Source: Christensenellales bacterium (GTDB taxonomy: Bacteria; Bacillota; Clostridia; Christensenellales; UBA3700). From it: a stretch of DNA of 64,000 nt. Under the pieces are notes generated by a model. The model saw nothing but the letters and a program-made list of their open reading frames with translations. It did no database searches and had not been told where the DNA came from. Position 1 is the first letter of the stretch, and each line of letters begins with the position of its first letter. The stretch lies in assembly GCA_051883455.1 (NCBI GenBank), contig JBJETT010000012.1, positions 64,833-128,832 on the forward strand, given 5' to 3'. Below, in pieces: positions 10,134-18,885 of the stretch. Both the position numbers and the translations under genes were made by a program.

Positions 10134-11126
10134 ATGCAAGTAATATTTTTCAAAGAGACGGCAATCGAAAATTTCAACGCGGGCTACAAGGCTCGCGCCG
10201 ATATCGATTATATTATGACTAAGCGAGGAAGCAAGAGTATAGACGTCAGTTTTGCCTACGCCGATATCGACAAAATTCGCAAGGCTTTTGGCTATTTGTC
10301 CCTTGCTTTCAAGTTGCTATTTATTCCCAAGGGTACCGCCCTTTTGGTGCAATATCCTTGTAGGCAAATCTCCACTTTGCTTAGCAAATTGGCGAGAGGC
10401 AAGAGGATAATCTATCTCATACATGACCTTGAGGGACTAAGACGCCAAGACGAGGAGCAGCAGCGTAGAGATATCGCAACTCTCGACAAGGCGTACAAAA
10501 TCATCGCTCACAATCGTGCGATGAAGGAATATTTGGTAGGCAAGGGCATAGGCGAGGACAAAATCGTTACGCTCGGCGTCTTCGACTATATCGCCGATAC
10601 CGATAGAGAGCCTAACACCGACTATAGCGCGCAACTATGTTTTGCGGGCAATCTCAACAAGAGCGTCTTTTTGGACAAACTGCCGCAAGATATCACCGTC
10701 AATCTATACGGACTCAAAGAAGACGATAGGGCGTTTGGCGACAATATGCGCTATATGGGCAGTTTCCCGTCGGACGAGATACCTTTCGTATTGGATGGTA
10801 AGTATGCGTTGGTATGGGACGGCGACTCGGCGGATACTTGCACGGGGCTTATGGGAGAATACACACGATACAACAATCCGCACAAACTGTCGCTATATAT
10901 ATGCGCGGGCAAACCCGTAATCGTATGGAGACAAGCGGCAATCGCCGAGTTCGTAATAGAGCAAGGTATAGGCGTAGCGGTAGAGGGGCTATCTGATTTA
11001 TCCTCCGTGATAGCGGGTATTGACGACGAGCAATACGTGGCTATGCAAGACAGAGTTATGGGGTTGAGAAGTCAAGTAATGCAAGGAGAGTTTTTCGGTA
11101 GGGCTTTGGACAAGGCGTTAGGATAA
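10134..11126 (+). CDS. WbbI-like beta-1,6-galactofuranosyltransferase
   Basis: 330 aa. GEYTRYNNPHKLSLYICAGKPVIVWRQAAIAEFVIEQGIGVAV parallels my recollection of E. coli WbbI (GEYLKFNNPHKTSLY...). glf lies in the same locus. Confidence 0.7.
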   Translation: MQVIFFKETAIENFNAGYKARADIDYIMTKRGSKSIDVSFAYADIDKIRKAFGYLSLAFKLLFIPKGTALLVQYPCRQISTLLSKLARGKRIIYLIHDLEGLRRQDEEQQRRDIATLDKAYKIIAHNRAMKEYLVGKGIGEDKIVTLGVFDYIADTDREPNTDYSAQLCFAGNLNKSVFLDKLPQDITVNLYGLKEDDRAFGDNMRYMGSFPSDEIPFVLDGKYALVWDGDSADTCTGLMGEYTRYNNPHKLSLYICAGKPVIVWRQAAIAEFVIEQGIGVAVEGLSDLSSVIAGIDDEQYVAMQDRVMGLRSQVMQGEFFGRALDKALG

Positions 11127-11130
11127 AGAT

Positions 11131-12765
11131 ATGCTCAAGACAAAATCGGTCAAACTAAATATGTTTCTCAACGTCGTTCTAACGATAACGTCGTTGATTT
11201 TTCCGCTCATAACCTTCCCTTACGTATCCAAAATTCTCATGCCGGAGGGCATAGGTAAGGTTTCTTTCGTACAGTCTTTCGTCAGTTATTTTTCTACTTT
11301 TGCAATGCTTGGCGTATCAACGTACGGAGTCAAGGCTTGCGCGCAAGTCAGGGACGACAAAGTGCAATTATCCAAGACGGTACACGAGATACTTACCATT
11401 TTGCTCGTCACGACGGCAATAGCGTACGTTGCGTTGGCTATTTGTATGTTTTCGATAGAAAAACTCAAGGCGGAGAAGGTGCTCGTATTGGTCGTGTCGA
11501 CATCGTTGATGCTGACCACCATAGGTATGAACTGGCTATTTTCGGCGGTAGAAGATTATCTATATATCACCGTAAGGAGCATATTATTCAACGTCGTATC
11601 TCTCGTATTGATGTTCGTACTTATCAAGGATTCAAGCGACTATGTGTATTACGGGGCAATCAGCGTAATAGCGTCGGGCGGTTCCAACGTACTCAACTTG
11701 TTTTATTCGAGGAAGTACGTTTCTTACAAGAGGCAAAAGGGATACAACTTTAGACGTCATATCAAACCTTTGATTATGTTGTTCGGGTTGGTTGCCATCA
11801 CTCAAATCTATACCAATCTCGACAAAACGATGCTCGGCTTTATGGTCAACGACCAAGACCACACCGTCGGCATATACGAGACGAGCGTCAAGATATACCG
11901 TATTTTGACGTCGGTATGCACTTCGGTCAGTGCGGTACTGCTGCCGAGACTGTCGTACTATATCCAAAACAAAGAAAATGAAAAATTCAACGAACTTCTA
12001 AGACAAATTATGTCGTTTATGTTGATATTTGCGATACCCGTCGCCACTTATTTTATAATAATGGCTAAGGACTGTATCTTATTTTTGGCAGACCAACAAT
12101 ATATCGCGTCAATCGTGCCGATGAAGATAATGATACCTGCGATAGTGTTCGTTTCTTTGACCAATATCATTGGTATACAAATGCTAATTCCGCTTGGCAA
12201 GGAGAACAAAGTGGTAATATCCGTGGCGGTAGGCGCGGCGGTGGATTTGTTACTCAACCTATTGCTCATCAATTATTTTGCTGCGAGGGGTAACGGTGCG
12301 ATAGCCACGGCAATATCGACGTTGTGCGCGGAGTTTTGCGTACTAGTTGCCCAAATAATCATAGCGCGTAAGTACCTCAAAGGTATTTTCAAGAGTCTCA
12401 AGTTGTGGCGAATTATCTTGATAGACGTATTGTTTTTCGGCGTAGTCTTCGGCACGAGTTTCATCGACTTTAATATCGAAGGCACGCGCACGTTGGCTTT
12501 TGTCCGATTGGCGGTGACGGCTGTAATATGCGCAGTGTCTTACGTCGTAATACTGTGGGTATGCAAAGAGCCAATGCTCAGAGATATAATATCGGCTATA
12601 GTGGGCAAATTTAAGAAAAAAACCGTTGCGCAAGACGTGGACGGTGACGGTGTGATTGACGGCAAAGACGTTGTCGTCGAAGAAATCAATCAAAATAGCT
12701 CGGCAGAGGACGACTTACAACGAGATACGACCGACGGCAACGATTTACAAAATCCACAAGACTAA
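11131..12765 (+). CDS. wzx: oligosaccharide flippase, MOP/Wzx family, with an acidic C-terminal tail
   Basis: Multi-TM protein with N-terminal FPLITFPYVSKILMPEGIGKVSF typical of polysaccharide flippases. The last ~55 aa are acidic and low complexity. Confidence 0.8.
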   Translation: MLKTKSVKLNMFLNVVLTITSLIFPLITFPYVSKILMPEGIGKVSFVQSFVSYFSTFAMLGVSTYGVKACAQVRDDKVQLSKTVHEILTILLVTTAIAYVALAICMFSIEKLKAEKVLVLVVSTSLMLTTIGMNWLFSAVEDYLYITVRSILFNVVSLVLMFVLIKDSSDYVYYGAISVIASGGSNVLNLFYSRKYVSYKRQKGYNFRRHIKPLIMLFGLVAITQIYTNLDKTMLGFMVNDQDHTVGIYETSVKIYRILTSVCTSVSAVLLPRLSYYIQNKENEKFNELLRQIMSFMLIFAIPVATYFIIMAKDCILFLADQQYIASIVPMKIMIPAIVFVSLTNIIGIQMLIPLGKENKVVISVAVGAAVDLLLNLLLINYFAARGNGAIATAISTLCAEFCVLVAQIIIARKYLKGIFKSLKLWRIILIDVLFFGVVFGTSFIDFNIEGTRTLAFVRLAVTAVICAVSYVVILWVCKEPMLRDIISAIVGKFKKKTVAQDVDGDGVIDGKDVVVEEINQNSSAEDDLQRDTTDGNDLQNPQD

Positions 12766-12781
12766 AGCGTAGGAGAGAGAG

Positions 12782-13879
12782 ATGAACAAGTATGATTATT
12801 TGATAGTAGGGGCAGGACTTTACGGAGCCGTCTTTGCTCACGAGATGACCAAGAGGGGCAAAAAGTGCTTGGTCGTAGACAAGCGTGACCATATCGCGGG
12901 CAATATTTATTGTGATAAGTGCGAGGGAATTACCGTGCACCGTTACGGCGCGCATATTTTCCATACTTCCAACAAGGCGGTGTGGGAGTGGGTAAATCAG
13001 TTTGCCGAGTTCAATCGCTACACCAACTGTCCTATAGCCAACTATAGGGGCAAACTATACCATTTGCCTTTCAATATGGACACCTTTTACGCTATGTGGG
13101 GAGTGGTTACTCCTCAACAAGCGAGGGCAATCGTCGACGAGCAAGTGGCTCGCGAAAATATTACCGACCCGCAAAACCTCGAAGAAAAGGCACTGTCTTT
13201 GGTTGGTAGAGATATTTACGAGACTCTCGTCAAGGGCTATACCGAGAAGCAGTGGGGCAAAAAGGCAACCCAACTTCCCGCCTTTATTATACAGAGATTG
13301 CCGCTTCGCTTCAACTACGACAACAACTACTTCAATGCCAAGTATCAGGGCATACCTATAGGCGGATATACCCAAATGGTAAGCAATATGTTGCAAGGTA
13401 TAGAGGTTAGGCTTAATTGCGACTACCTCGCTCATAGGGAACAACTCGATGCCCTCGCCGACAAAGTGTTGTACACGGGCGAGATAGACAGACTATTCGA
13501 CTATTGCTACGGCGCGCTCGAGTATCGCTCTCTCAATTTCGAGACGGAGGTCCTCGACCAAGACAACTATCAAGGCGTTGCCGTAATGAACTATACCGAC
13601 AGAGACGTGCCGTATACCCGTATCATCGAGCACAAGCACTTTGACAACGAGCAGTCCGCCAAAACCGTCGTTACGCGCGAGTACCCAGCCGATTGGGATG
13701 TCGACAAAGAGCCTTATTATCCAATCAACAATTCCCGCAACGACCAATTATATCGTAAGTACTACGATTTGGCTTGCCAAAATCCTCGCCTCATAGTCGG
13801 AGGACGGCTTGGCAATTATAAGTATTTTGATATGGATAGGACTATTGAGGAGGCGCTTGCTCTTGCCTCCACCCTTTGA
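12782..13879 (+). CDS. glf: UDP-galactopyranose mutase
   Basis: YDYLIVGAGLYGAVFA FAD motif, HRYGAHIFHT and YPINN motifs. The stop TGA lies inside the first TTTGAC of repeat array B. Confidence 0.9.
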   Translation: MNKYDYLIVGAGLYGAVFAHEMTKRGKKCLVVDKRDHIAGNIYCDKCEGITVHRYGAHIFHTSNKAVWEWVNQFAEFNRYTNCPIANYRGKLYHLPFNMDTFYAMWGVVTPQQARAIVDEQVARENITDPQNLEEKALSLVGRDIYETLVKGYTEKQWGKKATQLPAFIIQRLPLRFNYDNNYFNAKYQGIPIGGYTQMVSNMLQGIEVRLNCDYLAHREQLDALADKVLYTGEIDRLFDYCYGALEYRSLNFETEVLDQDNYQGVAVMNYTDRDVPYTRIIEHKHFDNEQSAKTVVTREYPADWDVDKEPYYPINNSRNDQLYRKYYDLACQNPRLIVGGRLGNYKYFDMDRTIEEALALASTL

Positions 13880-14555
13880 CTTTTGACGGCGGATATACTT
13901 CGTTATACTGTGTCGAGTTTGCGGGTGCGTTCAGTCACGTACGCCCTAGTACGCTCCCTCACGCCGTCCTCACTCTCCTTGTCTAACTCGCATCTCCACC
14001 GTCAAAAAATAGTATGCTCCTATCGCCCAATCCGCACTTTCCTTGTCTAACTCGCATCTCCACCGTCAAAAAATAGTATGCTCCTGTCGCAAAAACTCCG
14101 CTCTTCGCGTCTTACTCGCACCTATGCCGTCAAAGTATATAGCGGATATACTGTGTCGTGCTTAGTCACGTACGCTTAGTACGCTCCTATCGCCCAATCC
14201 GCACTTTCCTTGTCTTGCTTGCATCTACGCACCCAAAGAAAACTGCAAACTCGCACCTATGCCGTCAAAGTATATAGCGGATATACTTCGCAATACTGTG
14301 TCAAAGGGCAATTTTTCTTGCTCACGTACGCAATAGTATGCTCGCTTCGATAAAATCATCGCTTTCCTCGCCTAACTCGCACCTATGCCGCGAGAGGGTA
14401 GTAATATCAACTAATAACAAGAGGCAACGATAAAGTTGCCTTTTTCCTTGTCTTGCTCGCATCTACGCATCCAAAAGTGCTTTGTCATTGCGCTGTGCAC
14501 ATTTTGCGTTATCAAAGACGTAGGCACTTGTTGCCGAAGTGTGGCAATCTCAATC
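13874..14555. repeat. intergenic repeat array B (MITE-like units with tandemly amplified ~60-bp tail sub-units, one GAGATT unit)
   Basis: Begins TTTGACTTTTGACGGCGGATATACTTCGTTATACTGTGTCGAGTTTGCGG. The tail unit TAGTAYGCTCC...CCTTGTCTAACTCGCATCTCCACCGTCAAA recurs at about 13949, 14010, 14073, 14178 and 14334. It ends with a reversed long GAGATTGCCAC...CGCAATGACAAAG unit (14478-14551). Confidence 0.9.
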
Positions 14556-14560
14556 AATAA

Positions 14561-14587
14561 AAAAAACTCGATACGTATCGAGTTTTT
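14561..14587. terminator. recurrent palindrome, bidirectional terminator-like (AAAAAACTCGATACGTATCGAGTTTTT)
   Basis: Perfect hairpin flanked by A-run and T-run, 28 nt past the stop of the convergent DUF1846 gene. Confidence 0.65.
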
Positions 14588-14614
14588 GCTATTTTTAGTT
14601 ATCTTTTCAAGGTT

Positions 14615-16105
14615 TTAATATTTTGCCGTAGTCTTTTTGGTATTGTATACGGGGTCGCTCGTCACGTTGAGGCCAAACTTTCTAAAGGTCTTTTCGTCTA
14701 CCGGCGACAATATCGTGGTGGAGTGTACTTCGCAACCGAAGAGTTTCTTTATTTGTCTTATAGCCTTCTTGGACACGTCACTTGTCGCCGCAGATATGGA
14801 TAGGGCAATCAACACCTCGTCGGTATGCAAACGCGGATTGACTTCTCCCATAACTTCTCTTTTTAGTTTGAGTATAGGCTCTATGGCTATTGGAGAAATG
14901 AGGTTGATATCGTCGTCAATATGAGCCAACTCTTTGAGCACGTTGAGTAGCATCGAAGCAGCGCTTGACATTAGGTCGGAGTATTTGCCCGTTATCACTT
15001 TGCCGTCCTCCAGCTCTATTGCGCATATCGGAGTTTGCTTTTCCTCACTGATATTTTGGGCAACAACGGCGACCTTTCTATCTTTGGTCGTTATGCCCAG
15101 CTTATCCATCAACAGTTTGATTTTTTGTACTTCTTCGTCACTGCCGTTGCCTTGACGTTCCGCCACCATAGCCTTGTAATATCTTCTGATTACTTCTTGC
15201 TTAGAAGCCTCGCTACAAACCTCGTCGTCGCATATAGCGTAGCCCGCCATATTTACGCCCATATCGGTAGGCGACTTATAAGGCGACTCGCCCATAAGGT
15301 TTTCAAACAAGGTGTTGAGTACGGGGAATATGTCTATATCTCTATTGTAGTTGACGGCAATTTGGTTGTACGCGCTAAGGTGCCACGGGTCAATCATATT
15401 GTTGTCCTTGAGGTCGGCGGTTGCCGCTTCGTAAGCAATGTTGACGGGGTGGTTGAGAGGCAAGTTCCATATAGGGAAGGTCTCGTACTTGGCGTATCCC
15501 GCTTTGACGCCTCTCTTGTAGTCGTGGTAGAGTTGCGATAGACAAGTCGCCATCTTTCCGCTACCGGGACCGGGAGCCGTTACGACGACTAGTTGACGAC
15601 TCGTTTCGATATACTCGTTTTTGCCAAAGCCCTCGTCGCTGACGATGAGAGGAATATTGTTAGGATAGCCTTTGATATAGTAGTGACGATATACCTTGAT
15701 GCCCATCTTTTCGACCTTTTGTTGGAAGGTACGGGCAGGGGTGTTGTTCTCGTCGTATTGCGTCAGCACTATCGAACCTACGAGCAGTCCCTTGCTTCTA
15801 AATATATCTATAAGTCTGATGACGTCGGCGTCGTAGGTTATGCCAAGGTCGGCTCTCAGCTTGTTTTTAGCGATATCGAGAGCGTTGATGACGATGACGA
15901 TTTCCGCCTTGTCCTTGAGAGTTTGCAACATAACCAACTTGTTGTCGGGTGCAAATCCGGGCAATACTCTCGAAGCGTGGAAGTCGTCAAAGAGCTTTCC
16001 ACCAAACTCGAGATACAGCTTTCCGCCGAACATATCAATTCTTTCGCTAATCTTTTGCGATTGCATTTGCAAGTATTTTTGGCTGTCAAATCCTATTTTG
16101 TGCAT
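14615..16105 (-). CDS. DUF1846 / UPF0371 family protein
   Basis: 496 aa. N-terminus FDSQKYLQMQSQKISERI...GGKLYLEFGGKLFDDFHASRVLPGF is characteristic of UPF0371. Confidence 0.8.
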   Translation of the reverse strand: MHKIGFDSQKYLQMQSQKISERIDMFGGKLYLEFGGKLFDDFHASRVLPGFAPDNKLVMLQTLKDKAEIVIVINALDIAKNKLRADLGITYDADVIRLIDIFRSKGLLVGSIVLTQYDENNTPARTFQQKVEKMGIKVYRHYYIKGYPNNIPLIVSDEGFGKNEYIETSRQLVVVTAPGPGSGKMATCLSQLYHDYKRGVKAGYAKYETFPIWNLPLNHPVNIAYEAATADLKDNNMIDPWHLSAYNQIAVNYNRDIDIFPVLNTLFENLMGESPYKSPTDMGVNMAGYAICDDEVCSEASKQEVIRRYYKAMVAERQGNGSDEEVQKIKLLMDKLGITTKDRKVAVVAQNISEEKQTPICAIELEDGKVITGKYSDLMSSAASMLLNVLKELAHIDDDINLISPIAIEPILKLKREVMGEVNPRLHTDEVLIALSISAATSDVSKKAIRQIKKLFGCEVHSTTILSPVDEKTFRKFGLNVTSDPVYNTKKTTAKY

Positions 16106-16554
16106 ATAGACCTCATCCGTCGTTTACTCAATTTCATATTATATCATAACGCTTAGATTTTTTTCAATACAAAAACGAAAATTATGGCGGCAATTTTTAC
16201 AATTTTTGTCTTACGTAGATTGCGTTGCTTTTCTTTTATATACGCGTGCAAGTATTATCAAATATTTTGTTTTGTTTTTTTATCATTATAATATAGCCCG
16301 CTACGTAAGACCGCGATTTGCATATACCCGTTTTACGCGTTGCACTCGCGTACGTTATAATCGACAAAAGTATTGCCAAAGACGTCGTTCGATGTTACAA
16401 TATTTATGTATATCGTGCGTAACTAAGGGCGAGTAGACAGCATAAAATGCTTATGCCGTCGTTGCCCCCGACCGTTCGCCGAGTCCAATCGCAATCCGAT
16501 AGGCTTCGGCGTGAGAAGTATCGCTCAACGGTGCACGACGAATTTGGAGAAGAT

Positions 16555-17388
16555 ATGAAGTTAATCAAATGGCAAGACTTACCGTCGCAGATGCAGACCG
16601 ACGAGGTAAAAAAGTATTACGATATTTTGCGTCAAAAAAGAGTGAGTTTGTTTTTCAAAAGGCTCTTTGACGTCGTCGTATCGTTTATAATGCTCGTATT
16701 GTTGTCACCAGTCTTTTTGGTATTGGCGATTGCAATCAAAGCCGATTCCAAAGGGCCCGTTTTTTATAGGCAAGTCAGAGTTACTCAGTACGGCAGAGAG
16801 TTTAGGATACACAAATTTCGCACGATGGTGCAAGACGCGGACAAAGGCTCTCAAGTGACTGTTGGAGCAGATAGCAGAATCACCCGTGTGGGACGGCGTA
16901 TAAGGGACCTTCGTCTTGACGAGATAAGCCAACTTATCGACGTACTCAAGGGCGATATGACTTTCGTCGGTACGAGACCCGAAGTGCCTAAGTACGTGCA
17001 ACGATACACGCCCGAGATGATGGCGACGCTACTCTTGCCGGCAGGAGTTACGAGTCTTGCAAGTATATGCTTCAAGGACGAAGCAAAACTTTTGGACGGG
17101 GCGGAGGACAGTGACCAAGTGTACGTAGAGCAAGTTTTGCCTGCCAAGATGAAGTACAATCTTTACTCTATCGCACGTTTTGGCTTTTGGAAAGATATCA
17201 AGACGATGTTTATGACGGTATTTGCGGTACTCGGCAAAAAGTACGTCATTGACCTCGACCAACCCGACGAGCAACGAGAGGAAAGAGAGGAAGACAATCA
17301 ATACCGAGAGTCAACGGAATTAACCAACGATTATATTGACAATCGAGACACTATTGTCGAGCAAGAGCCAAACGACCAAGACCAATAG
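16555..17388 (+). CDS. undecaprenyl-phosphate sugar phosphotransferase (bacterial sugar transferase family, priming enzyme)
   Basis: LFDVVVSFIMLVLLSPVFLVLAIAIKADSKGPVFYRQVRV...HKFRTM...MTFVGTRPE. The start is moved to MKLIKW at 16555 (GGAGA RBS). The C-terminal ~45 aa form an acidic tail. Confidence 0.85.
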   Translation: MKLIKWQDLPSQMQTDEVKKYYDILRQKRVSLFFKRLFDVVVSFIMLVLLSPVFLVLAIAIKADSKGPVFYRQVRVTQYGREFRIHKFRTMVQDADKGSQVTVGADSRITRVGRRIRDLRLDEISQLIDVLKGDMTFVGTRPEVPKYVQRYTPEMMATLLLPAGVTSLASICFKDEAKLLDGAEDSDQVYVEQVLPAKMKYNLYSIARFGFWKDIKTMFMTVFAVLGKKYVIDLDQPDEQREEREEDNQYRESTELTNDYIDNRDTIVEQEPNDQDQ

Positions 17389-17459
17389 CACCCCAAATAT
17401 CAAAGCAAGGTGTCGACAATGATACTATTGCGAGTAAAAGCGAGACCAACGAGGAATTT

Positions 17460-17951
17460 ATGCAGAGAATAGCGCAGTTTTACAAGGTAGATTATGAAGA
17501 ATTTTCTAAGGCGGTGATCACGCCCGATGCAATGCAAATTTGGCAAGATATCAAGTTGCCGTGTCGTGCCACCACGGGTTCGGCGGGGTATGATTTTTTT
17601 GCGCCGTACGATATAGACTTGCAAGTGGGCGAGAGCGTCAATATCCCTACGGGAGTCAGAGTCAAGATAGAGGAGGGATGGGTGTTGACAATATACCCTC
17701 GCAGCGGACTCGGCTTCAAGTATAGGGTGCAACTAGACAATACCGTCGGTATAATCGACTCCGACTACTTTTATTCCGACAACGAGGGACATATTTTTTG
17801 CAAAATCACCAACTGCGGATTGCAAGGTAAGGCGGTGCACATAGCCAAAGGCACGGGGTTTGCTCAAGGCATTTTCGTACAATACGGCATAACTCTCGAC
17901 GACCAAGTGACGACTGTACGCAACGGCGGGTTCGGTTCTACCACCAAATAA
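17460..17951 (+). CDS. dut: dUTP diphosphatase (dUTPase family)
   Basis: GSAGYDFFAP, PRSGLG, GIIDSDY and GGFGSTTK motifs. Confidence 0.8.
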   Translation: MQRIAQFYKVDYEEFSKAVITPDAMQIWQDIKLPCRATTGSAGYDFFAPYDIDLQVGESVNIPTGVRVKIEEGWVLTIYPRSGLGFKYRVQLDNTVGIIDSDYFYSDNEGHIFCKITNCGLQGKAVHIAKGTGFAQGIFVQYGITLDDQVTTVRNGGFGSTTK

Positions 17952-17968
17952 GACCAAAGAGGAAAATT

Positions 17969-18553
17969 ATGGATAGCAAACAACAATTTATAGAGATTTA
18001 CAACAAGTATATCAAGAGAGAAGGAGCGGACAAGCTTCTCGATTGGCTTATAAGGTCGGACTTTTTCGAAGCGCCCGCGTCAAGCAAATTCCACAATGCA
18101 AGACCGCAAGGACTCGTAGACCACAGCATCAACGTCTACTATAGATTGCGCGATTTAGTCGAGAGGGAAAAGCAGTTGCACCCCGAGCTTATCACGGCAA
18201 GCGACGAGAGCGTGGCAATAGTGGGACTATTGCACGACCTATGCAAAGTCAACACCTACAAAGTCGAGATGCGCAACGTCAAGGTGGACGGCAATTGGGA
18301 AAAAGTGCCTTATTACGCGCTTGACGACAATATGCCTTACGGACACGGCGAAAAGTCGGTGTACATTATCAACGGCTTTATAAGGTTGACGAGAGAGGAG
18401 GCAATGTGTATCAATTGGCACATGGGTGGCTTTGACAAGAGAGTAGTGGGCGGAGATTACGGTTTGTCCAAAGCCTACGAACAATATCCGCTTGCATGCC
18501 TCACCAACGTTGCCGATATGCAAGCAAGCTATCTGGACGAAGCTAGAGAATAG
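17969..18553 (+). CDS. HD-domain phosphohydrolase
   Basis: FHNARPQGLVDHS...GLLHDLCK (H...HD motif). Confidence 0.7.
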   Translation: MDSKQQFIEIYNKYIKREGADKLLDWLIRSDFFEAPASSKFHNARPQGLVDHSINVYYRLRDLVEREKQLHPELITASDESVAIVGLLHDLCKVNTYKVEMRNVKVDGNWEKVPYYALDDNMPYGHGEKSVYIINGFIRLTREEAMCINWHMGGFDKRVVGGDYGLSKAYEQYPLACLTNVADMQASYLDEARE

Positions 18554-18595
18554 AGCCTCAAGTCGACTTTTAGCCAAATAGCGCACGTATTTAGA

Positions 18596-18636
18596 CGCAA
18601 ACTCAGCAATTGTTGCAAGGAGAGTTTGCGTTTTTG
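18596..18636 (+). terminator. intrinsic terminator after the HD gene
   Basis: CGCAAACTC...GAGTTTGCG stem followed by TTTTT. Confidence 0.7.
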
Positions 18637-18885
18637 TATGTTCACTTACTAACAATGCAAGGCGCTATTATAAATTGTGCGTTCACTTTCAAACTATGCA
18701 AGGTGGTATTTTTTTGTTGGCTTACCAAACAACGTAAAGCGATTTTTTTGGCGTGCAAACTACCGAAAACACTGACTTTGCAATGCTAAGCAAAAAAATA
18801 TGTGTCCATAAAATCCCAAAAACACTTTACAGCCGTGGTATAATATAAGTGTCACCTCTGCTCTTTTTCCCCAAACGGAGAGACG

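Noticed and set aside
13900-13920. TGTCGAG / TGTCGAA inside the MITE-like repeat head resembles the Spo0A box TGTCGAA.
   Set aside because: It is a 7-mer match inside a dispersed repeat, the copies are not positioned at sporulation promoters, and chance similarity is likely.
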